Origin: an uncultured Acidimicrobiaceae bacterium
GTDB lineage: Bacteria; Actinomycetota; Acidimicrobiia; Acidimicrobiales; RAAP-2
DNA length: 64,000 nucleotides
Assembly (NCBI GenBank): GCA_963821755.1
Contig: CAWGEX010000002.1
Span: 864,717-928,716, forward strand
Reading direction: 5' to 3'
Positions 28,230-34,980 of the stretch are shown in pieces. Position 1 is the stretch's first letter. Every line of letters starts with the position of its first letter. A model generated the notes under the pieces. The model was not told the DNA's origin. It saw only the letters and a list, made by a program, of their open reading frames with translations, and did not search any database. Both the position numbers and the translations under genes were made by a program.

Positions 28230-28658
28230 CTACTCGATGAAGACTTCGGCGATCCAGGACGGCAGCCTCGACGCCTTGCCGTTGACATCGATGCAGCCGT
28301 GCACCGTCACCGCCGTGGCCCGAACCTCTCCGGTGACCGTGAGGAGATACGCCAGCTGGAACGTGGTGCGGGTCACCGCGCCACCCCACAGGTGGATTTC
28401 GACCTCCTCATCGAAGTCGAGGGGACGGCGGTACTGCACGGCGATCTCCAGCACGGGAGCCTCGAGCCCGTCGCGTCTCACTTCGCCGTAGGGATGGCCG
28501 AGCTCGCGGAAGTAGGCCAAACGAGCCTCCTCCAAGTACGGCAGGTACGCCGCGTGATGGATCACCCCCATGGCGTCCGTCTCGGCGAAACGGGTGCGGA
28601 GCCGGTGGACGAACCTGTAGTCGGCCGGGTCACGTGAAGGCTGGAGGGACTGTCGCAT
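28230..28658 (-). CDS. acyl-CoA thioesterase (4HBT/YbgC-like hotdog fold)
   Basis: ORF 28230..28742. Start chosen at the Met at 28658, after the upstream stop. HRLRTRFAETDAMGVIHHAAYLPYLEEARLAYFRELG is typical of 4HBT thioesterases. Confidence 0.78.
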   Translation of the reverse strand: MRQSLQPSRDPADYRFVHRLRTRFAETDAMGVIHHAAYLPYLEEARLAYFRELGHPYGEVRRDGLEAPVLEIAVQYRRPLDFDEEVEIHLWGGAVTRTTFQLAYLLTVTGEVRATAVTVHGCIDVNGKASRLPSWIAEVFIE

Positions 28659-28674
28659 AGCGGCTCCGATCGCC

Positions 28675-29388
28675 TTAGGTGTTGGCGCCGGTGGCCGTCT
28701 CGTCAAAGGCCTTACGCCGAGCCGCGGCCATGCGGTCGACACCTCCCGGGTTGAAGACGGCGAAGTCTCCCTCCGCCTCCACCGTGACCTCTCCCCCCTG
28801 GACGATTCGTCCCTGACTGAAGATCCGCCGCTCCGTAACCTCGGTCACCCAACCCTCGAACACCGCTTCCTCGCTGACCAGGGTGGGCCGGCGGTACCGC
28901 AGCTGCAGACGCACGGTGGGACCGGTGGCGCCGGCGATGGCGTTGGCTGCGGTGAGGATGATGTCGAAGGTGGCGGCCAGTGCGGCGCCGTGGACGCAGC
29001 CGGGTGCCCCTTCGTAACCGACGTCGAACGTGGCGTAGCCCAGCGCTTTGGGAGGGTCGAATTCGAGCCTCACCGGGAGGGCCAGTGGGTTGAACGCACC
29101 CACGATCAGGTCGAACGGCATCGACGAGCCGAGCGGCGGGTCACGCGGCGGGCCATCTTCCGCCGGGGCGATGAACCGGGGCAGCGGGAGTTGGGGGACA
29201 TGGGACTCCATGCGGTCAGCCACCGCGGTCAGCTGCGCGGTCAGCGCCGCTGTCTCTCTCGCCGAGGGCGCCGTGCTCACCGACAAGCGAATGAGGCGGC
29301 GCAACGCATCGGCCAGGTCCCGGGCTTCGGCTTGTCGGCCTTGCAGGCCGGGATGGTCCTCGAATGCGGGTGTCGGTTCAGCGGCCAC
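28675..29388 (-). CDS. PaaI-like hotdog-fold thioesterase-superfamily protein with N-terminal extension
   Basis: 237 aa. GYEGAPGCVHGAALAATFDIILTAA...RYRRPTLVSEEAVFEGWVTEVTERRIFSQGRIVQGGEVTVEAEGDF. Confidence 0.65.
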   Translation of the reverse strand: MAAEPTPAFEDHPGLQGRQAEARDLADALRRLIRLSVSTAPSARETAALTAQLTAVADRMESHVPQLPLPRFIAPAEDGPPRDPPLGSSMPFDLIVGAFNPLALPVRLEFDPPKALGYATFDVGYEGAPGCVHGAALAATFDIILTAANAIAGATGPTVRLQLRYRRPTLVSEEAVFEGWVTEVTERRIFSQGRIVQGGEVTVEAEGDFAVFNPGGVDRMAAARRKAFDETATGANT

Positions 29389-29412
29389 GGTGCTGCACAG
29401 TACCGCTGGAAT

Positions 29413-30879
29413 TCACGCCGTCCCCGTATGGCTCACCACTCGGAAGGTTCCGTCCTGCATGCGCCGCTGCAGGTACCGGCCGATCGTGTGGTGCTCGCTG
29501 ATCCAGGCGTCAAGCTCCGATGGCGCTGACGGCAGGTCCGAGAGCACCTGGCCGAAGGCCCGACGATGCACCGCGATGGCGTGGTGACACGGCTCCGACC
29601 CTTCGCCCTCACCCTGGGACCCCAGGAGGCAGATATCCCAAGGAGTTCCCGTCAGCCCCGCAATGGTTTCGCCGGCCGATCGGGCCTGATCGGCGGCCAA
29701 GGTGATCTCACCTTCGAAGCCGAGCACATGGGCGTAGCCGCGGTGCTCGGCCAGCTCGACCAGGTCCCGCCACGAGAGCACGCACCCCCGGTGGTGGTTC
29801 TCCGGCGTGGGCGTGACCGGCCGCTGTTCGACCCGCCAGGCGATGTCGAGCAGCCGCAATTCCTGCTGCCTCTCATCGAAGCGCTGGGCATCACCGTCGA
29901 AATTGAGGCAGACGATGGCGTCGAAGTAGGTGAACGGGCTGGCGAGCTGGCGCGCCGTCTGATTGAGGATGGCATCGGGATCCGCTTCGGGGATGGCGCC
30001 CAGCATCTCTCGGAAATGGGCCTCCATCGGCTCAATGTCCCAACCGATCTCGCCCCAGCCGATCCGATAATTGCGCACCCGGTCCTCCCAGGTGGGTCGG
30101 TACGGCGGGCCACTCGGCCGGGTGAAGCGGTGCACCCACCCCATCGCCGGATGGCAGAGCACGCGGCCCCCGCCCTGGCGAACTTTCTCGTGCAGGTATC
30201 CCTCCTCGCCCCCGAAACCCCGGAAGCGAGAGTTGATGCCCGGCCAGGCCTCGCGCCGGCAGGCGAACTGGCCCAGACCTTGCATGGGGATCTCGAACGG
30301 CCCAGCGGCGGCGTCGGCGAGGCGCGGGTCGGTGGCCCACTGCCCGTACATCCCATCGCTCCAGATGGGCTCGAAGTGTGTCCCCACCACGCTGGACAGG
30401 TCATCGGACAGCAGTGGCCCTTGGATCATGTCCCGGCTGGTCGGGTTCTCCTCGAAGTACTCCAGGAGGGCCCGGAGGGCCCCGGGCTTCAGGAGGACGT
30501 GCGAATCGAGGCAGCACACCACATCGGCATCGGCTTCTCGAAAGATCAGGTCGCGCGCCGCCGTACTGCGATACCCGCGGAACGGGACGTACCGCAGGCG
30601 GGGCACTCTCTCGTCGAGTCCTTTGAGGTCAGAGGCCGCCGCGCCCTCGGGGTGGTTGTCGAGGATGACGAACGACACCGCGTCGGCCACTTCGGGGTGG
30701 TACATGGCAATGGCCTGGACGGTGAACCACACGCCGTCGAAGTCGTCGAAGGTCGCCATACCGACGCACAGCCGGTGGTGCCCGACCGGAGGGGTCGCCT
30801 CGTGAATCGGGCGCGTGGACTCTTCTTCTTCCGAGAGCTTGCGCTCAAGATCAGCCAAGAACCGACGGGCCTCGGACAT
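29413..30879 (-). CDS. two-domain glycosyltransferase (N-terminal GT2-like; C-terminal GT25-like / unknown)
   Basis: 488 aa. N-domain VGMATFDDFDGVWFTVQAIAMYHP...SFVILDNHPEG...VVCCLDSHVLL (GT-A fold with DxH). C-domain FDAIVCLNFDGDAQRFDERQQEL...NHHRGCVLSWRDL resembles GT25-type domains. Confidence 0.7.
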   Translation of the reverse strand: MSEARRFLADLERKLSEEEESTRPIHEATPPVGHHRLCVGMATFDDFDGVWFTVQAIAMYHPEVADAVSFVILDNHPEGAAASDLKGLDERVPRLRYVPFRGYRSTAARDLIFREADADVVCCLDSHVLLKPGALRALLEYFEENPTSRDMIQGPLLSDDLSSVVGTHFEPIWSDGMYGQWATDPRLADAAAGPFEIPMQGLGQFACRREAWPGINSRFRGFGGEEGYLHEKVRQGGGRVLCHPAMGWVHRFTRPSGPPYRPTWEDRVRNYRIGWGEIGWDIEPMEAHFREMLGAIPEADPDAILNQTARQLASPFTYFDAIVCLNFDGDAQRFDERQQELRLLDIAWRVEQRPVTPTPENHHRGCVLSWRDLVELAEHRGYAHVLGFEGEITLAADQARSAGETIAGLTGTPWDICLLGSQGEGEGSEPCHHAIAVHRRAFGQVLSDLPSAPSELDAWISEHHTIGRYLQRRMQDGTFRVVSHTGTA

Positions 30880-30882
30880 CGG

Positions 30883-31212
30883 CTAGAAGAGACCGTTGCC
30901 GCTGCGGTAGCACGACACGCCCTCGGCATAGGCCGGGTCGTCCGACGGAATGAACCGGCCGTCACGGCACCAGACGCCGTTGAGCGGCAGCGGATCCCCG
31001 GTGATCTCGCCGTCTCGGGTCAGCTCGATGGTGGGGCGGAGGCGGTCCCACCAGACCCCGTACGGCAGGTGCTGGGCCTGGACGACGATCGGTCCCAGAT
31101 GATCGCGGGCGCTCGCGATCGCCGCGTAGGACGTGAACGGAAATGGCGCATCGCTGGGTTCGGTACCCACCACCGCGACGGCACTCGCGGTGTCGTGCAT
31201 CTCACGTATCAT
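30883..31212 (-). CDS. hypothetical protein (109 aa), first gene of the glycosyltransferase operon
   Basis: High third-position GC along the whole ORF. Its stop lies 3 nt before the GT start. I recognise no family. The start may be the second Met (31200). Confidence 0.55.
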   Translation of the reverse strand: MIREMHDTASAVAVVGTEPSDAPFPFTSYAAIASARDHLGPIVVQAQHLPYGVWWDRLRPTIELTRDGEITGDPLPLNGVWCRDGRFIPSDDPAYAEGVSCYRSGNGLF

Positions 31213-31220
31213 GCCAGTCG

Positions 31221-31484
31221 ATGACCAGTGTCCAGCGTCCGTCCCGGTGCGAGGGGCTTGAGGTCAACCAGGTGGCCGACGGGCTCGTCGTGTACCAGGC
31301 GGCTCCCGAGCAGGTGCACTACCTGAACAATACGTCTGCCGTCATCTTCGAGTTGTGCGAGGGTCACCGGTCCATTGAAGAGATCGCCGAACAGGTGCAG
31401 GACGTCTTCTCGCTCCCGGCACCCCCGGTCGACGAGGTCAAAGCGTGCGTGTCGGACCTGGTGGACAAGGCGGTCGTGCGATAG
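31221..31484 (+). CDS. PqqD-family protein (RiPP recognition element-like peptide chaperone)
   Basis: 87 aa from ATG 31221 in ORF 31143..31484: LEVNQVADGLVVYQAAPEQVHYLNNTSAVIFELCEGHRSIEEIAEQVQDVFSLPAPPVDEVKACVSDLVDKAVV. This is the canonical PqqD pattern (x-LN-x-t-a-x-i-x-x-l-x-d-G ... ei). Confidence 0.8.
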   Translation: MTSVQRPSRCEGLEVNQVADGLVVYQAAPEQVHYLNNTSAVIFELCEGHRSIEEIAEQVQDVFSLPAPPVDEVKACVSDLVDKAVVR

Positions 31485-32350
31485 CCGGCTTCCGCCTGCT
31501 CTGGCACCAGGTCGAGCTCAATACCGAGCAGGCCGATCCGGCGGTGGCAGAAGCCTTGCGCTATCTCGTCAACGGCGCCGAACATGACCGCCCCGCCTTG
31601 GCGGTCATGCACTACTCGGTCACCACGATGCCGGACGGTTCCCATGTCGTTTCCGAGGAAGGAGACGCACTGGATGCGGTTGACAGTGCCGACGGCGTGC
31701 TCGATCTCATCTATCGCCGGGTCCACCAGCGCGCCTTCGAGTTGGCTTCGCTGAGGGGCTGGGTGCGACTCCATGCCGCCGTCGTCGACGGGGCCGGGGG
31801 GCGGACACTCATCGTCGCCCCGTCGGGCACGGGAAAAACCACCTTGTCGTGCCGGCTGTTGCTCGACGGGGCGGCTGTCGCGGCCGACGAGAGCGTGATG
31901 ATCAGGGACGGGATCGCCCTGCCGGTGGCCCGGCGCTTCCACCTCAAGTCGGACATCGAAGCGGCGGTCCCCGACCTCCGCCCCTATGCGACCGGCCTTC
32001 CATCGCTCAACGGCGGATCGGTGAGGGCCTTCGATCCCAGTGAAGCGAATTTCCCCTGGTCCGTAAAAGAAGCCCAGGTGGCACACGTCGTGTTGCTTGA
32101 GCGGGGGGTGGAGCGATCCAGCTTGGCGCCCGGCAGCGCCGTTGCCGTGATGCCCGAGATCGTGGCTGAGTCGTTCCCCCATCAAGAACCTACGGGCGCC
32201 CTACTGGCCGAGATTGCCGCTGTGCTGTCACGGGCCCGATGCTGGCGCCTTCGGATGCATTCCGTGAATCGCGCTGCAACATTGGTAGCATCTCTGCCTG
32301 AGAGTCGACCGACGCAGTCGTCACGACCCAAAGGAGCACTGGATTCATGA
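31445..32350 (+). CDS. HPr kinase/phosphorylase-related P-loop kinase (HprK-related kinase type)
   Basis: 301 aa. LHAAVVDGAGGRTLIVAPSGTGKTTLSCRLLLDGAAVAADESVMI matches the HprK C-terminal-domain P-loop region. The start is uncertain (GTG 31445 overlaps the PqqD gene by 40 nt). The stop overlaps the next ATG (ATGA). Confidence 0.72.
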   Translation: MRVGPGGQGGRAIAGFRLLWHQVELNTEQADPAVAEALRYLVNGAEHDRPALAVMHYSVTTMPDGSHVVSEEGDALDAVDSADGVLDLIYRRVHQRAFELASLRGWVRLHAAVVDGAGGRTLIVAPSGTGKTTLSCRLLLDGAAVAADESVMIRDGIALPVARRFHLKSDIEAAVPDLRPYATGLPSLNGGSVRAFDPSEANFPWSVKEAQVAHVVLLERGVERSSLAPGSAVAVMPEIVAESFPHQEPTGALLAEIAAVLSRARCWRLRMHSVNRAATLVASLPESRPTQSSRPKGALDS

Positions 32351-32820
32351 GTGACCAGCACGAAACCGAGTCGACCGGCGATGACCGGCGAGCGTTTTTG
32401 AAGAAGATGGCCGCGGTGGGATTCGCGGTGCCGGTGGTCACGACCTTCGGTGTCGGCGGCGTCCAAGCGGCGTACGCCCAGACGGCCAACGCCTCGGGCA
32501 CCACGACGACCACGACCGCAGCCACGACCACCGTCGCTCCGACGACGACGACGACAACCACCAGCGACCACCGCGCCACCGACAACGACGACGACCACGA
32601 CGACGACTGCAAATCCCCACGTAGACCCCACCGGCGACCACGACGAACACTCGCCTCATTCCGTAGAGCGCTGGACTTCGCTGCGAGCCGGCGCACCGCT
32701 CACTCGACGGAGCAGTGTCCGGTGGCACCAGTGATTGCCCGAAGCCCGAGCGTCGGTGCGTACGCCGCGCTGAGTCGCTCGAACGTGCAGGGGCGATCTT
32801 CCATGGGTAGTTCGATATGA
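32347..32820 (+). CDS. small Tat-signal protein with Thr-rich, Asp/His-rich and Arg-rich low-complexity regions
   Basis: MSDQHETESTGDDRRAFLKKMAAVGFAVPVVTTFGVGGVQAAYA/QTANASGTTTTTTAATTTVAPTTTTTTTSDHRATDNDDDHDDDC.... Textbook RRxFLK twin-arginine motif plus h-region plus AxA. ATGA coupling at both ends. The reading frame of the 3' half is uncertain (see findings). Confidence 0.55.
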   Translation: MSDQHETESTGDDRRAFLKKMAAVGFAVPVVTTFGVGGVQAAYAQTANASGTTTTTTAATTTVAPTTTTTTTSDHRATDNDDDHDDDCKSPRRPHRRPRRTLASFRRALDFAASRRTAHSTEQCPVAPVIARSPSVGAYAALSRSNVQGRSSMGSSI

Positions 32821-33720
32821 CCGATCTCAGCGTCCTGTCTTCGCGCGCTTCGGTCGACCCCCGGGCGCGCCGCACGACCGCCCGAGGACCGATGGGACGG
32901 CGTTCTCCGCCTGGCTGCGGCCCATGACCTGCTGCCCGCCCTGTGGAGCGCGGGGCGGGAGCGGGGCTGGTGGACTGCCCTCCCGGCCGATGCGTTGGCC
33001 CAGGTGGCCGCTCACTTCGCCCCCGGATCGACCCACCCACGGCTGGTCCTGCAGCAGGCCTACGACGCCAACCGGCTCCGCGTGGCCGACCTGAGGGACC
33101 AGGGCGGGGTGATCCTCGAACATCTGGCCTCGGCCGGCATCGTCGCCGTCCCGCTGAAGGGATTGCACGCCCTGATGGCCGGCTGGTGGACCGATCCGGC
33201 GGATCGGGTCATGCGGGATCTCGACATTCTGGTGTCGAAGGATGACGCGGGACCAGCTTCGATATGTTTGGCCGAGCAGGGATACCTGCCATTCGCCACC
33301 GGACACACGGCCGCAGCCGACCACGAGCTGCCGGCCGTGGCGCTGCCCGGGCGCGCCGGTTCGGTCGAATTGCACACCGCGCTGGTGGTGAGTCGATGGA
33401 GTGCGGTGCTGCCCGGAGCCGAGGTCCTTGACCGCGGACCGTTGATGTCGTCCACCGATGCCGTGATCCACTCGATCGCTCACGCCCAACTCCACGATGA
33501 GGCCCACCTCCTGGCCCGGATCCCGCTGCGGGCGCTTCACGAGCTGATGATTCTGGCCGCAGGACCTCGAGGTGATGAGATCGACTGGGCACGGGTGCGC
33601 ACGGCGTTCCGTAGGGTCTCGGCCGAAGCCGCGTTGGACGCGCACCTGTCGCCAAGCACGTTCCCTCTTTGGTGCATCGGTCCCTCCTCCCGTTGGTCGG
33701 CTACGGCCTCTGGCGCATGA
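32817..33720 (+). CDS. nucleotidyltransferase-family protein (PF14907/NTP_transf_5-like) with an ambiguous, apparently frameshifted 5' end
   Basis: The listed ORF 32995..33720 extends upstream in the same frame to 32821 (…DRWDGVLRLAAAHDLLPALW..., VAVPLKGLHALMAGWWTDPADRVMRDLDILV..., ELHTALV) but has no start codon there. The only ATG (32817, ATGA-coupled to the upstream stop) is in the -1 frame. Confidence 0.65.
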
Positions 33721-34015
33721 CCGACTCTGCCGTACCTTCGTGAGCCACCCACCTCTGGCGTCGATCTACGAACGAACCGCTTTCCTTCCCCGTGGCCTCT
33801 CGACGGAGCGCATGCACGAGCTCCATGGCCCCGGGAGTCCGTGGATCTCGCGAGTACGCCATGCCGCCGCACGCCCTTCACCGCATGGCCAGTTCACGGC
33901 GCACTGACACCGGATCGGCCTCGGTCGACCCTCAGCATCGCCATCGTCGACCCTGGCGTCGCACCCGGCGCCGACGCCGGCGGGATCAGCGCCCGCCCGT
34001 CCCTAACATGGCGTG

Positions 34016-34456
34016 ATGCCCACCGACCACGCCGTCAGTTTCACCAGTGGAAGTCCCGAGACCGTGCTCGAACCCTTGAGCCCCGGATTGACTCAAGCCC
34101 TTGAGGCGGCGCTGGCCCTTCCGGCGGGCGAACGGCGGGCCGCCGTCTCGGCGGTGGCGGCGCAAGACCCGCGCTGCCTGCAGGCCTGGGCCACCCTGGC
34201 TGAGTTGGCCGACACCGACATCGATCGCTACGCCTTCGCTCGGGTGGGCTATCACCGAGGGCTGGACGCCCTTCGGGCCGCCGGGTGGCGCGGATCGGGC
34301 TACGTGCGCTGGCGCCATGAGTCCAATCGCGGCTTTCTGCGCTCCCTGCACGCCCTGGAACAGGCGGCCGAGGCCATCGGCGAAATGGACGAGGCCCAGC
34401 GTTGCGCCCTTTTTCTGCGCCAACTCGACCCGGAGTGGGGAGCTCGCGCGCTGTAG
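34016..34456 (+). CDS. DUF3151-family protein
   Basis: About 146 aa. CLQAWATLAELADTDIDRYAFARVGYHRGLDALRAAGWRGSGYVRWRHESNRGFLRSLHAL is typical of actinobacterial DUF3151. Confidence 0.75.
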   Translation: MPTDHAVSFTSGSPETVLEPLSPGLTQALEAALALPAGERRAAVSAVAAQDPRCLQAWATLAELADTDIDRYAFARVGYHRGLDALRAAGWRGSGYVRWRHESNRGFLRSLHALEQAAEAIGEMDEAQRCALFLRQLDPEWGARAL

Positions 34457-34471
34457 TTAGCGACTCTAACT
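34455..34471. promoter_or_regulatory. 6-5-6 inverted repeat AGTTAGcgactCTAACT, candidate MarR operator
   Basis: Ends 3 nt before the marR ATG (34474). Confidence 0.35.
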
Positions 34472-34473
34472 GT

Positions 34474-34980
34474 ATGATGGTCAAAATGTCTGTGTCTCCC
34501 CCCACCGTGACATCCACGCGAACGGCGGCGCGAGCGCGGCGCGACGGACCCACCCCCGGCGCCTACGGCCGGGTGGCCGCATGGCTGTCGAAGCGAGTCG
34601 AAGTGGCGCTGACGCAAGTCGATCTGACCCTGCCCCAATACCGGGTCCTGGGGATTCTGGCCGAGGGTTCCAATGCCGCCTCCGGGCTGGCGGGCCGCCT
34701 GGCCGTGCGGCCTCCTTCGGTCACCGCTCTGATCGACGGTCTGGTGGCCCGGGATCTGGTCGAGCGCAAGCAGGAGGAGGGCGATCGGCGGCGCATTGCG
34801 CTGTGCCTGACTCCCGCCGGGGTGCGCATCGTGGCCGAAGCGGACCTCATGCTCGACGCCTACATCACCTCGATCGCCGCCACCCTGCCCGCCGAAGACG
34901 AAGTGGCCGCGCTCGGCTCGCTCGAACTGTGGGGACACGCTCTGTCCAATTTCCACCAGCAGCGGGCGAAGTCACAATGA
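34474..34980 (+). CDS. MarR-family transcriptional regulator
   Basis: In-frame part of ORF 34402..34980 from MMVKM. LTLPQYRVLGILAEGSNAASGLAGRLAVRPPSVTALIDGLVARDLVERKQEEGDRRRIALCLTPAG. Confidence 0.85.
   Translation: MMVKMSVSPPTVTSTRTAARARRDGPTPGAYGRVAAWLSKRVEVALTQVDLTLPQYRVLGILAEGSNAASGLAGRLAVRPPSVTALIDGLVARDLVERKQEEGDRRRIALCLTPAGVRIVAEADLMLDAYITSIAATLPAEDEVAALGSLELWGHALSNFHQQRAKSQ

Noticed and set aside
32182-32696. Minus-strand ORFs across the Thr-rich region encoding VVVVVVV / RRRR runs
   Set aside because: These are the reverse complement of the (ACG)n/(ACC)n repeats. They have no start context and no coupling to neighbours, whereas the plus-strand frame has a Tat signal and ATGA couplings.
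33717-33743. 8-codon ORF MTDSAVPS, ATGA-coupled to the nucleotidyltransferase stop, as a possible precursor peptide
   Set aside because: It is too short and has no SD. Its resemblance to the ATGACCGA start at 32817 is limited to 8 nt. Nothing supports translation.
33792-34016. 74-aa ORF between the nucleotidyltransferase and DUF3151 genes (Arg-rich, stop overlapping the DUF3151 start)
   Set aside because: Composition (RRRRRRDQRPP) and only moderate codon bias suggest a non-coding spacer or a degraded 3' extension of the upstream gene. It has no recognisable family.
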